Shown in pieces: positions 26,399 through 39,117 of a DNA stretch of 64,000 nt. Each line of letters begins with the position of its first letter. The stretch's first letter is position 1. The notes beneath the pieces were generated by a model, which saw only the letters and a list, made by a program, of their open reading frames with translations, did no database searches and was not told where the DNA came from. Source of the stretch: Fistulifera solaris (lineage: Eukaryota); NCBI GenBank assembly GCA_030295235.1, contig AP026123.1, forward strand, positions 434,001 through 498,000. Direction: 5' to 3'. Made by a program: the position numbers and the translations under genes.

Positions 26399-26529
26399 GC
26401 TTATCGCAAAGATCTAGAATGAAACTCTTCTTTACTTCTTTATCGATTTGCTATACCTGGTAGGTCTTTCAACCTTTCATCTTTCCTCGTGAGTTATCAT
26501 CGGTTTTATTTCTCTCCATTTACTCACGT

Positions 26530-27320
26530 CTCTCCAGAATTTTGAACGTAAGCAAAATCTCTGTCTGATCCAAACAGTTATTCATTCCAGAATTTCTGGA
26601 TTACCTGGTACTTACCAAAATCGTGCGTGACCCAAGCAACGTATACACAATCTCTGTCGGACCAAAAACAGTGATATTCCAGAATTTCTGGAATTTTCAC
26701 AGAAATTATGAATGACCTCAGCAACGATTCCAGATTTTCTGGAACGTCTACAAAGTTTCGGTCTGATCCTAAACAGCAATCCAAGAATGTCTGGAATGCT
26801 CACAGAATATCTTTATGAACCCAGCAACGAATATTCCAAATACAGAATTTCGGTATGATCAAAACGCATCTTCCAAGATTTCTGGATTGCACAAGCTTTT
26901 CGTTATGACACAAAGTACCGTGTCCAGTATTTCTGGAACATGCACAGCAGTTCGGTAGGATCGACAAACAACTGGTCCAGAATTTCTGGACCACAACAAA
27001 ATTCTGTATGATAATAAGAACAATCCAGAAAATAACAAAAAAAACGGTTCGAGAAAATTCTGTTTGAGCAAAACCAACTGTTCCAGATTTTCTGGCCGCC
27101 CACGAGATCTCTGTGTGACGGAAGCACCGATTCCAGAATATCTGGAAATCATACGGAAATATCTATGTGACAAAAACAATTCAGTCGAATGTCGAAACTT
27201 CATTCGGATTAGGAATAATTATTGAGGATTTTGTTTAAAGTGTTTCCAGAATTTTTTGAACATGCACACAGTTGACTTGAAACGCAAACACCTATTTCAC
27301 GTTTCCAGAGTTTCTGAGTT
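26530..27320. repeat. Degenerate array of the same palindromic TCCAGAATTTCTGGA core at ~50-bp spacing, related to the 10797-11915 satellite
   Basis: Cores at ~26533, 26586, 26678, 26729, 26780, 26873, 26923, 26976, 27023, 27082, 27132, 27245, 27304. Segment 26904-27010 is nearly identical to half of the 208-bp unit. Confidence 0.88.
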
Positions 27321-27566
27321 ATACTTTTGGATACGTAAGGTCTTACTGTACCAACGACAAACTTTCGAAAACGTCTAAATGTCGAAGAGGTATCATAGCT
27401 TACTTTCTTATAGTTACTGCTTGTTCTTCCCGCGTTCTCTTGCACGACGCAATAGCAACCACAGGCGTTTGTTTATTTACTGTGTGCATTGCTCAGCTCT
27501 GCAAAGCGAAGCATATCTTTCGCACAAGTTATCTGTTTCGAATTAACATTATCAAAAAGCACAAAA

Positions 27567-29592
27567 ATGTCGGAAGAATACAATAGCACTGCCTTGAACG
27601 CCCGCGAGTTGGAATGGGCCAACAATCCCCCCGAGACCTTGGCCGCTCACAAGGCGAGAAATGGGCCGATTTGTCGTACGCGTTTTCCTCCCGAACCGAA
27701 TGGTTATTTGCACATCGGGCACGCGAAAAGTATGAACATGAACTTCAGTTTGGCTTTTCAGAAGTTAAATGTGCCTCCGGAACATCGTCGTACCATCTTC
27801 CGTTACGACGATACAAATCCCGATGCCGAAACGGCCGAGTACATTGATTCACTCAAACGCGATCTTGAGTGGCTCGGATGGAAGCCGGAACGGACGACCT
27901 ATTCGTCCGATAATTTCGGAAAGCTTTACGAGTTTGCGGTGGAACTTGTCAAAAGGAACTCGCCTACGTGTGTGACATGACCAAGGCCGAGATGGAGGCG
28001 CAGCGTGAGCTCGCGATGAAGCGAGCGAATGCGCGGGCCCGGGGACTCGATCCGGATGTGGAAGCTCCAATTACGGATCCGAATATTCTACCGGGTCGGA
28101 ACCGCAACACGAGTGTGGAACGAAACTTGGAGCTACTGGAAAAGATGAAGATGGGTCTTTTGCGGAAGGTCAGTACACCTTGCGTTTGAAGATGGACTTT
28201 GAATCGAGTAATCCGAACATGTACGATTTGGTGGCCTACCGCATCAAGTATACGCCGCACCCACATGCTGGTGACGGATGGTGCATCTACCCGTCTTATG
28301 ATTTCACACACGGCATTTGCGACTCGCTCGAAGACATCGATTACAGTATCTGCACGCTCGAATTCGAAACACGCCGCGAGCCCTACTACTGGATATTGCA
28401 CGCACTGGATCTCTTCCGTCCGGCGGTCTACGAAATGTCACGTCTCAACTTGCAGTATACTGTGCTATCAAAGCGTCGATTGATCAAGTTGGTCGATACA
28501 GGTGTCGTGCGAGGCTGGGATGATCCGCGCATGCCCACCGTCTCTGGTTTGCGTCGACGAGGCTACACCCCGGTCATTTTGAACACTTTTTGCGATGACA
28601 TTGGGGCAACAAGATCGGCAAATGTCGTGGAGATCAAAAAGCTGGAGCAGACGGCGCGTTTGGCCCTTGCCGCGACCAGTCGTCGTGCGATGGCCGCCTT
28701 GGATCCGATCAAAGTGGTGATCACCAACTACAGTGAACAGTCCGAAAACATGGTGTACGAAGTGCAGAATAGTCCCACAGATCCCGAAGCAGGGGTTCAT
28801 ACGGTCACGCTGACGGATGTTATCTACCTTGATTCGACTGACTTTCGTATGGAAGATTCCAAGGATTATTTTGGATTGGCTCCGAACAAAGCTGTTGGTC
28901 TCAAATATTACGGAGGTAACTTAGTATGCGAAGAAGTTATTGAGAAGAATGGCAAAATCGTTGAATTGAAAGGACATCTGGATAATGGCCCGGATCGTGT
29001 AAAACCCAAGACTTATTTGTCTTGGGTTCCGTCGAATAGCTTGCCGTGCGAGATCCGAGTGTACAATCATCTCTTCACCGTTCCTGAGCCATCCGATCTT
29101 TGGGAAGATGAAATCAACCCAGACTCGGAACAGGTGTTTGTGAATGCGTTGATCGATCCGTCGGTAGCTGAGGTTATTGACGTGAAAGATATTGACAAGT
29201 GGAAGTCCAATACGGCGTTGCAATTGGAACGATTTGGTTTCTTCGTGGTCGATCTTGACACGACGTTTGATTCAAAGACGCGCAAGGGATCGATCGTTTT
29301 GAATAGGACAGTAAGTCTTAAAGAAGATAAAGGCAAAAGTGGAGGCGAGAAGTCGGCGCCGGTCAATGACGGGCGGAAAGTAGTCTCCGCAGAAGAGAGA
29401 GAAGCGAGAATGAATATCGCTCCCGAGGATTTTTTCCGCCTGGCTCCTGAATACAATGGAAAATTTAGTAAGTTCGATGATGAAGGGTTCCCTACGCATG
29501 ATGAAGAAGGCAAGGAAGTGACTAAGAGTATGGCGAAGAAGTTGAAGAAAGAGCTTGACAAGCACAAGAAACTTGTGAGCAAGAAGAATTAA
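27567..29592 (+). CDS. QARS: Glutaminyl-tRNA synthetase; two 1-bp frameshifts (~27955, ~28160)
   Basis: TRFPPEPNGYLHIGHAK, RYDDTNP, WCIYPSYDFTH, SICTLEF, VLSKRRL, GWDDPRMPT, QLERFGFF, LNRTVSLKE. Confidence 0.95.
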
Positions 29593-29710
29593 CATATTGA
29601 TCAAAATAAAATGATAAAAAGCAATGATTGATCTATAGTTAGTTGTAACCAGGAGCAAGTATTATGAAATTAGCAGCTTGTCGCGATCGAAATACATGCA
29701 ATGAGGCCAA

Positions 29711-32165
29711 TTATAAGATAAAGGATTCTTCGTACAAAGAAATCTTCACATGGCCACACCTAGATAAGTTGGCGCACCCAGTATTTCCTCCAACCGCCAG
29801 CTTCACATTTTCCACAAGCGACTCTGGGCCGCATAAAAACACGCCTGGGCGACTCCCTTGATCCAAACATCGAAGCAATCGCGTCACGTCCGGGCGCCCT
29901 TTGTTGACTTCCAAAGCAACCCTTTCGTGAGACGACGAAGCCGAGGCTGTTTCGTCCACCGCAAATTCCTCAGTAGAATGTGCATTGTGCAGCTTATTAA
30001 TCATTTCGAAAGAATCATCGTTCGGCTTGTCAACTGAGGTGAACGTTACAGGAACTGCAACGAAATCTTCTTCCGAATCAAGCCAGTAAAAATATCTTGT
30101 GGCAATATTCGCCGCGGTTCCAGTAACAACCGCCAGCATTACGACGAGCACAGGACTAAGAAGTCTTGTCGAGACGCTCTGATCTGTCTGTACGTGCTTG
30201 TAAAAGTACCAGACGACCCACAGTCCGGCTAACGCATTGGTGGCTGAGGAGATAAAAGGAAGCAAATTTCCCTTGTACGTGCGTTTTGACAATGGTGTAA
30301 ATTTCGAAGGAGAAAATGGTACCCCCGCCATAATACTTTCACGGCTCTCCGTATCATCTATACACTCCATCTCTTGCATCGAAGCACCGCCTAGTGCAGA
30401 TTCCTGCCTTCCATTCACAAACCTGTCGTTCTTGTCGCCGATAGACTCCGGATCGTCATTGAACTCTGCCGACTCTGCTGTACCAGTAAGGTGCACCGAC
30501 AAAATCATTGACACGCCCGCTGAACTCCCACGGGCAAGAAGAGGATCAAAGAATACTTGTTTCACATGCTTGAATAGAGCCTCCTCCCGACATACCCAGT
30601 GAAGCACGACTTTTTTTGTGATACCCCGGTTTTGGTTCATTGAATCACAAACTCTGTGCAATAAGGTCAGAAATGGGGTTATGCCTACCCCTCCCGCCAC
30701 AAGAACGACAACATCGTGTTGCAGAACCTGGCTAGTGCGACACGATGGTCCATAAAAAGCCGTCGATTGTCAAAAACGGCCGTGTCTTGCTGCCCGGATG
30801 CCCGTTTCTTTTCTTGTCCGCTGTCGGTATTCTGCCGTCCAGGAGAAAGCTGGCTAACTGAGTAGTAAATTTACCTGTCGACCGAAAAATAATACACAAT
30901 TGGTTGGGCTGACCGGGAACAGGGTTGATAGTGAATGGATGCGATATGGCTTTAGCTATTAACGGAGCTGTGACTCGTACATATTGCCCTGTGAAGAAGT
31001 GTGGCATGTTAGCCGAAGTTCGTCAGTAAACAGAATTCATCAACAAGTCTTACCTGCACGATAACGCGATAACGCCGAATCACTAGCTTCGACCGTCAAG
31101 ACAGTGCACGCTCGTCTGTCATCCATCGATACAATCTGTTGCACCGAAAGGATTCTTGTTCCTCCTTGCCTTTGGACCATGTACTTCTCTAAATAAACTG
31201 GGACACTGGACGTCAGATAATACAATATCCCTCCCGCCAAGTACGGCATGGCGCGCTTGTAATGACAGATTACCATCAAGAACGCCAGTGGTCCCGAAAT
31301 GATGTGTATTCTGTAAAAGAGTGCATAGCGCGTGCGGCGTACATTGTTGAGACTCGTCACAAAGATTGCTAGGAAAACAGCAGAAGCCAACACGCCCGTC
31401 AAATTTCGAAACAGAGAATAGCAAGTACAATCGATGTTTTGACAGGTCGGAGTAAAATCTGTGTCCCGCAGCGTCCAGCAACCCGCCGGTGGTACAATGA
31501 GACGAAGAATGCTTGCATCTTGTATATATTTCCATCGGTACATGTAGAGACTACCATGAATCACCGTTGCGGAAATCAATAACCGACCAGCCCATATGTG
31601 TAAACGAACAGCACTTACTGGATCCCATCCCAGGATGCCTAGAATAGCGCTATGCTTTGTCGTAGGGATGAGTAGGAAGATCGACATGAGAATGACGGCA
31701 ACCATCCCAAAAGAATCGGCCGCTTCGGCCACGGCCGCCCCAAATGCATCCGGATCGGTCGTATCAATCTCTTTCAAGTGACGATGCAGTGAAGAAGCGA
31801 GATATTTGAAGGACGGCAAAAGATCACGATGAATGCTAGCATGTTGAAGTTTGGGTCAGTTTTCGGGGCTTGGAACCATGTGAGTGTGCAGCGTGCTAGA
31901 ACTTGAATACGAGCCGGAATCTGATGCGGGAGGGTAACTCCCCTGCGTAATGTCATTCCTTCCGGTACATTTTGCCTTCCCAATAATAGAATACTGCATG
32001 CAGCTATCAATAACGGAAATGCAATGGCGACCAAAGGAAGTCCTCCCTTTTGTCGAGAAAGATATTAATTGCCAAATCTTGGAATAAAGTGACATTCGAA
32101 AAGATGAGAAAGGACAGAGTCCAGAGACAGCAAGCGAGGGTTATAGCAAGAGCAGCAGCGTTCAT
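29711..32165 (-). CDS. Ferric reductase-like transmembrane flavocytochrome (FRE/NOX family); intron plus several frameshifts
   Basis: His-bearing TM helices (RLHIWAGR...IHG; FYRIH...ICHY), AG|QYV with intron at 30989-31053, SHPFTI (FAD), DGFYGP, AGGVGITPF, FLCGPESL, C-terminal EESF. Confidence 0.88.
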
Positions 32166-32811
32166 GATACGATCTTGTAGGAAGATAATATTTGTTCACA
32201 CACTTTCCCGAAAAGAGAGCCAAATTTCAACTCGTCCGCAAACTGTAGATTATCGTGACAGAACCTTTTATTAAAGGGATGATTCGAGCGTGCGTTCTTT
32301 ACAAACTCAATCAAAGGGGAATGTCTCGAGAACAGCGAACAACTTATGATGCAATCGGCGGCACATCATGATCATTAACGAGGTCGTCGTGCTTCATCGC
32401 ATGTCAATGAAGAAAAGGTGCACGTCTTATTTTTCTCGCACGTGTTTGCCACGAGCTTGAGAGCGTTTTCGGCCGCGTCTATGAATTCCGAATTCCAGAT
32501 TCTTTAAACGTCCAACCTTCGTACGTTCGGAATTTGGGACCGAGCGAAATGAAAAAAATCGTGTCTCCATTTTCAATTCACACCATGGCGCTGGTGATGA
32601 CCACGGTGAAAAAGGATCATAACAACACTAAATTCTATTGCGAATCTGTTTTTCTCATAACGGCCCACCTGATTCGTTACAGTAAACCTGCAATTATTAG
32701 CTATTGCGTGTTTGATTTGTTCTGATATTGACAAAAACCGCCGTTCATTTATTGCGCCGCTTCTCTACAACTGCGTTCCCTTGCTCGAGTTGTTTAACAA
32801 ATCAAAGCATC

Positions 32812-33815
32812 ATGGAACGATATCAACGACTGGAAAAGGCCGGAGAGGGAACATATGGCGTGGTCTACAAGGCAAAAGACAGAGTCACAGGAGAAATCGT
32901 CGCTTTGAAAAGATTCGCCTCGAAGCAGAAGACGAAGGGATACCCTCCACTGCGATTCGAGAAATATCATTACTGAAAGAACTTCAGCATCCCAATATTG
33001 TTCGTCTGTATGATGTGGTTCATACCGAGAAAAAATTGACACTTGTGTTTGAGTTTCTAGATCAAGATTTGAAAAAGTATCTCGATATTTGCGACACGGG
33101 TCTGAGCTTACCGATCCTGAAATCCTTTCTGTATCAACTACTAACCGGCGTGGCTCATTGCCATCATCATCGAATATTGCACAGAGATTTAAAACCGTAA
33201 GTCCTTGATGTTTTGATTGAATCAGGAGCCACGGAGATGTTTCATCAGCTCGGTTAAATATGACTCACCAACTCACATGTATTTCCCTCCATTTCTCTTC
33301 GTCACCCTGCGAACAGTCCCAACTTACTCATTAATCGCGAAGGACAACTAAAATTGGCAGATTTCGGCTTAGCGAGGGCTTTCGGTATCCCTGTACGATC
33401 GTATACCCACGAAGTGGTTACTCTATGGTATCGTGCACCCGATGTTTTGATGGGGAGCCGCAGATACTCGACCCCAGTGGATATCTGGAGTGTTGGGTGC
33501 ATCTTTGCAGAAATGGCGAACGGACGACCCTTGGTAGCCGGAACTTCGGAGGCGGATCAACTGGATCGTATTTTCCGATTGTTAGGGACGCCATCTTTAC
33601 AAGATTATCCTGGAATTGTTGATTTACCCGATTATTCACCGGACATGCCACCGTACCCTCCACCTCGACATGGTCTAGCGTCGCTGGTTCCTTCTTTAGG
33701 ACCAGACGGGGTCGATCTATTGTCGAAAATGTTGCAATACGACCCGGCGCGACGTATTACAGCACAACAAGCACTCGAGCATCCATTCTTTTATGATATG
33801 ACAGGTCGGCGTTGA
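32812..33815 (+). CDS. CDKA: Cyclin-dependent kinase, PSTAIRE type (CDKA/cdc2), 2 exons; 1-bp frameshift near 32910
   Basis: [62 protein letters not shown]. Intron at 33197-33316. Confidence 0.95.
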
Positions 33816-33887
33816 CACGTAATAGTAAAGTTAAATTACAACATGTCTTGTATTATACATCTTGTTTAGAAAATGGGAAATCCGTGT

Positions 33888-35777
33888 TTAACTCGTCGAC
33901 ACTGTAGCGGATGATGTGTAGCTTACGTTGCCGGTAGACCCTTGTAAAAGTGGGGACGTTTCACTCGTGGCGATAGAAGCGCCTCTTGCAGCTCGAGGTT
34001 CATTTATATTGTTCATTGCATCCAAGGGGTCCGAATCTGCTCTCTCATTTGCCCGAGTACTGATATCGCAAGCACTAGTTTGTGCAACACAGCGGCGTCT
34101 CTTTCTACTTGGTGTCTTTCCTACGTCTTGTCTGCACATGGGACAATTGCATGGATTACCACAACCTGAATGGACCCACGTTTTCCAGCAGGTCTCACAG
34201 AAGATGTGGCCGCATCGAAGCAGCTTGATATTTTTACCATCGGCGCCATAGAGGGGGGATTCCGTAGGTGTCAACACGACGGAGGAATCTATTCGCGCTT
34301 TTGAATTCGTCCACTCGTTTAAGAACGTCTGTCGCTTTCAAGTCCGAATCCTCTCCCCTCGGAGGAAATAGTTCAAGACAGATGGGGCACACCTTTGTCT
34401 TATACTCGCGCTGCAGCTGCCTGGCCTTTTCTCGATCGACTGAATTCAACTGACTCCGCTCTTCAGCATATCGCCATCTCTTTTTTCGATCTCGGTATTC
34501 ACCCCACGCTCCGAAAAAGAATGTAAAGATTGCGAAAGCCATAACAACTCCGAAACGAGTAATAAAATCATCGATTCTATCAGACCACGTGGGCGGTCCT
34601 GCGTTCAGCATGTCTGTAAGGTCCGAGATGGCGTGCAGAATAGCCCCTCCAAAGTCGCGTCTCTTCAGATCAGGCTTCATGTTCGCAACGATGTGATCGA
34701 GGCGCCACCAAGGAAGTACAGACGAAATGCTACTCCTCGTAGATATGAAGCAAACATGATCCTGAACTGACAGAAAGATAAGAAGCCCGTGGGTGTTCTC
34801 CAAGTCTTTATTCGTCTCTCCTCCATCAGCTCGGGTCGACCACCAACTATCGTGTAATGTTCTAGCAAACACCTGAGCTGCGTCATTTACAAGGTCTTGC
34901 TCATTTTCGTAAGCGTAATATGTCCCTTCCCTAAGAACAGCGGATATATCCATCTTCCTGACAGTCGCAACCGCAAGTTCGACTCGTGGCAGAGGCTTGC
35001 CACCCCCAGATGCATCGCTTGGTGATGTTTCGCCGTCCTGCAATCTCCGTCGTACTGGTGGGCCTATCGCGACGTCCCAAGGTCGAGAGACTTTACGCAT
35101 TACCACTCGTTCTCCGTCCCCGAAGGTGTCTGTGAAGTTTTCCAGCGCAATTGCAATTTCCTCAAGATACAAGCCACCCAGTACCCAGTCTGGATCGCAG
35201 AGCCGTAATCCGTGACGGCCTTCTTTGAGACTATCTCGGGGCTCTAAATGTGAAATGGCACACCTTAATGGATTTTCTAGCGGATTGGGATAAAAGTCAG
35301 GGGTCCAACCATACACTGTAGGATTTTTAAACGAAACCCGAGTCTCCGATGATTCACCGTCTCCGCTTGCCTCGGCCCCATCCCATGATTCAGCCCGCTG
35401 ACTATCTTCACCTCGTGAAGTAAAGAACGAGCCCGAGAGCGGTGTGCGCCACCACGCTAGACGGCTTCTACCCGTAAAATGTTCCTTATGGCGTAGTTGC
35501 AAAGGGCAGAGGAAGCGCGTCTGCTATGCGAACTCGTCAAAGCCGTGTAGTAAATAGTGACGGCCAGTATGACGATTAGAGATAGCGTCGCCATCCAGAC
35601 TTTGTATGAAGTCAGGCAACTGCGATATCGTGCCTGTCGCATTTTGCGCTGAAGAGGCGTCTCTTCGCTATCTGAATGCATCGATATCACGCCCAAGCAA
35701 TCGCCGAGAAGGAGTTCTGTCAATCTGGAACTCTCCGCTGCCGCAAAACTGCTATTTTCGTGAGTTCGTATCGACAT
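33888..35777 (-). CDS. Membrane protein with TPM (MOLO-1-like) domain and a split C-terminal RING finger; frameshifts near 35490 and 34260
   Basis: N-terminal TM, YPNP...C...[22 protein letters not shown], second TM, then CPICLE...[13 protein letters not shown]...CPMCR. Confidence 0.75.
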
Positions 35778-36422
35778 TATGGTGAAACGTTTGCTTCAAT
35801 GTTCAGGATCGGCTTGCAAGTTCATCAGGATTTATTAAACTGAATATTGCAAACGCGCTCTTGAATCGCGAAGGAGATAGTTCCTAGTTGGTGCGTTGCT
35901 CTTTACCCTTTCACTCATACGCTTCGCATAAGCTCGATACAATGATGCTCCGTCGCATGCATGAAAAGGCAAATCAAAGATCGAAGAACGAGTTCTTTCA
36001 AAAAGTCATCAAAAAGCTGTGGAACCTGTCAGACTGGCAGACGACAGACAACGACAGACACGAAAGGTTTGGACTTTCAATCCCTCATCCTTGATCCCTA
36101 GTCGACATTTCTCCGCCGCACCACGAGTCAAATTCCCTCCGTTGAAAACTCAAACGTGCAACTAGCCATAGTAGAGTGTAGTCTGGATTAGTACATTTAT
36201 TGTGACACCAAAAAGGCACGAATGAACGTGTATAAGTAGAAATTGTAGCGAATCACGTTCCACGTCCGTGCCCGCGTTTTCGATCGATGCCGAGAAAAAT
36301 CCGATCGCCCACTTTTTCCAAAAAAATCATTTTGTTTGACATCCAACGAACAATTGCCTCCCTTACAACGCGTATTTACTTCCTCTTACTTTCATAAAAC
36401 GATACTTTACAAGAAAACAATC

Positions 36423-37343
36423 ATGGTGATTCAGTCGCCTCACAACATGCTACCTCTTTGGTGCCTTTTCTGGTTGATCACAATGGGTTCTAGCAGCCCA
36501 TTGAGAACAAACAATCTGCGAACACGACTGCTTGACACAGATAAATGCCTTCTTGATGTTCATGTCCAATGTACTTTCGAAGGGAATGACCAACTTCCTA
36601 CGAATTGCGACGACTTCGTGCCTCCGCCTCTGCCGTTGGCACAATGTACAGAAACACCTGTTTCGGTCACGATGCTTCTCCTCGGTGATCGATGCCAACC
36701 AAGCAATTTCGATGCTGACTGCCAAGATCAATTCGTCCGTTCCGATTCATCGCAGGAAGATGACTGGTTTTTTATTGTCGCAACTGATGCGTCTGGTCAG
36801 GGGATGGAATATCACCGCGGTTGGGTTCGTGTTGGTGATCATTACAAACTTTCCAATGGGTTACCAATGAATCACGGGATTCAGATCAACTTGTATACTG
36901 ATGAAAATGAGTCGAAATTGTATCAAAAGGCTACGTATCGAGAAAGTCTTTGTTCGAATCAAAACGAATTTTTTGGTTTACTAGGCGGTTCGCAGTTCAT
37001 TGACTTTATGGATGCGCAAGATAACACCGTTACACCATTTCGAAGCTCATCTTATCAAGCTTTCATCGACATCAAAATTGTGCCACATGGTTCTTCGGCG
37101 GAAAGTATTCAACTCGAGTCATTAGATGTAATGACGAGTTTTGAAGAAATTCTCGATCTATCAGACGAAGTGAAAGGAGCTGTTCTTGAACCAGGAACAC
37201 CTTACCAAATTCGTGTGCCATTATCACTTAACTTGTTGGAAAAACAAGACCATTCTCTTCTTGTCCAAGTCACGGGAAATACTGGTGACTGTGTTGGAGC
37301 TAGCTTTCATAGAATCATGGATGCCCGAACGGTGTCTAGCTAA
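36423..37343 (+). CDS. Hypothetical secreted Cys-containing protein
   Basis: ~300-aa intact ORF with a signal-peptide-like N-terminus and spaced cysteines. No family recognised. Confidence 0.6.
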   Translation: MVIQSPHNMLPLWCLFWLITMGSSSPLRTNNLRTRLLDTDKCLLDVHVQCTFEGNDQLPTNCDDFVPPPLPLAQCTETPVSVTMLLLGDRCQPSNFDADCQDQFVRSDSSQEDDWFFIVATDASGQGMEYHRGWVRVGDHYKLSNGLPMNHGIQINLYTDENESKLYQKATYRESLCSNQNEFFGLLGGSQFIDFMDAQDNTVTPFRSSSYQAFIDIKIVPHGSSAESIQLESLDVMTSFEEILDLSDEVKGAVLEPGTPYQIRVPLSLNLLEKQDHSLLVQVTGNTGDCVGASFHRIMDARTVSS

Positions 37344-37476
37344 AGTCGTCAGGCACATTACAGTGTGGCTACCCTTTCTGTTGCTACCTATAATATAGAT
37401 CCACACTTTCTGTTCATTAACAAAAGCTTTCGAATGTATTATTCACTTGCTGATGCGATACTATTGTTCATCGAAA

Positions 37477-38643
37477 TCAACTATGTTCCATCTCATTTGC
37501 AAAGCGGTCGATGCATGGGTAGCCACATCCGAAATCTCGAACGTAACAATTTGTCTTTGCTAGTTCGAGCTGAGGCGAACCATTTTGACTGCAAGGGAAA
37601 TTCGTCTCGTTCTGGCAAGCGTTTTCAATCTGTCGACGAAGATCACGAAATTGAAAAAGTTCTTTCTCAAATGATGGTCTGCCGATCAATTCATCAATGG
37701 TTCTATCAAGTGACCTGTTCGCAACCTCGTATAACAGTCGATCACCCGCGTGCGTCTGTTTCCATTCAACGGATTCGAAAAAGGTTGCGATGGCTGGCGT
37801 TAAGGACGCTCCAGCGAGAGAGACACATCGATTCCCACTCAGATACCAGCTTCCATTTTTCTTGGACGGCATGGTTAACAAATCCGTCCATGGAAGTTTC
37901 GTCAACCAAGAGTAGACTAGAAGAGACTCATCCAGACGGTCAACCACAAACAAAAAGTCGTAGAACGTTGTGATGCGCCGAATGGTTTCGTATATTTCGG
38001 AGAGTCGATCATTCCCATTCGTAACATTGGCAACCAGTTCCTTGTCAGCAGTATAATCAAGTATAAAGTCGGGTTTCGTCTCGCGAAGCTTTTGAATAAT
38101 AAACGAATCCTTCGGATTCCTTGGACCACCAGTATTTTTATGGAATGAAACATAATGAAAGTAAACACTCGACATAGCTCGAGAGGAAGGCTCGCGAATG
38201 GGTGCTACTCGAATCGCGCTCGCATCATCACCATTCCATGAATATTCTCGTGCCAGTTTGTGTTGCCAATGAACGGTACAGTTGTGGCGATTTTGAATTC
38301 GTAGCACGACACCAGCAAGAGTACTGCTCGCCGATTTCGGAACTTTGATCAATACCAACCCCGTTGGTGAGTCGTTCTTGGTCTTAGGAACATTCCTACA
38401 CCATGCATCAAGATTGTGAACGGACCAGACTCGACTCAGTTTCGTCGCGAGATGATCCATGCACGCATCTTGTAAAAGGCAGTCTGGTCTACTTCCGAAA
38501 TCCGGCACCGCGAGAACCGCAGGAGTCGGTAAAGCAGAATTTGATGATTGTTGATTGAAGAACAGTAACAACTGCAGCGATAAACAAAGGATAGAAACGG
38601 CAACACAGACGAAAAGCCTTCTCGAGGGAAGCCGAAGGGTCAT
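37477..38643 (-). CDS. Golgi-type sulfotransferase (galactose-3-O-sulfotransferase-like)
   Basis: Type II TM anchor, IKVPKSASST (5'-PSB), IREPSSRAMS (3'-PB), DRLDESLLV, DRLLYEVAN. Confidence 0.8.
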   Translation of the reverse strand: MTLRLPSRRLFVCVAVSILCLSLQLLLFFNQQSSNSALPTPAVLAVPDFGSRPDCLLQDACMDHLATKLSRVWSVHNLDAWCRNVPKTKNDSPTGLVLIKVPKSASSTLAGVVLRIQNRHNCTVHWQHKLAREYSWNGDDASAIRVAPIREPSSRAMSSVYFHYVSFHKNTGGPRNPKDSFIIQKLRETKPDFILDYTADKELVANVTNGNDRLSEIYETIRRITTFYDFLFVVDRLDESLLVYSWLTKLPWTDLLTMPSKKNGSWYLSGNRCVSLAGASLTPAIATFFESVEWKQTHAGDRLLYEVANRSLDRTIDELIGRPSFEKELFQFRDLRRQIENACQNETNFPCSQNGSPQLELAKTNCYVRDFGCGYPCIDRFANEMEHS

Positions 38644-39117
38644 GAATCATGAACTAACTTATGCTTGTTACTACGCCATAGCGCTTTACGGATAGGCGAT
38701 CCTGCTGCTATAATTCGCTTGCTCCTTTTCCCAGCTATTTATTGCTTACAGTTAGTTAACTTACAGTTTTCTTTGAATATCAAGCAAAGAGGCACACCAG
38801 CAAACAAATCACCACCAAATCATTTTTATCGAAAACCGGACTGTGAGCCCTACTGTAGACGAACTATGTTAGTCATGGTCATGGTGGTTTGTTGTTTATT
38901 TTTAGAGATGCAAATAGTTCCATCAGCAGCAAACGTTTCGTTTTTTAACGGACGACCATACTTCTTATCGTGCCAACAAGCTAAAGCATTATTTGTCGAG
39001 AGAGGGTGTAGGGTTTGAATTGAAATTCATAGCACACGAAACTAGAACGTAGGCTAAATCTACTGAACGGCAAACCGCGAAAAGTATCTTTTCAATTTGA
39101 TTCTCTCTATGACATGG

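Noticed and set aside
10797..27320. CRISPR array interpretation of the palindrome-plus-spacer arrays
   Set aside because: Eukaryotic context, no cas genes, core only 15 bp and degenerate, and the linkers repeat every fourth unit in array 1 and resemble each other in array 2.
27950..32915. Programmed ribosomal frameshifting in GlnRS, CDKA and other host genes
   Set aside because: No shared slippery motif or direction. Homopolymer indel error is the simpler explanation.
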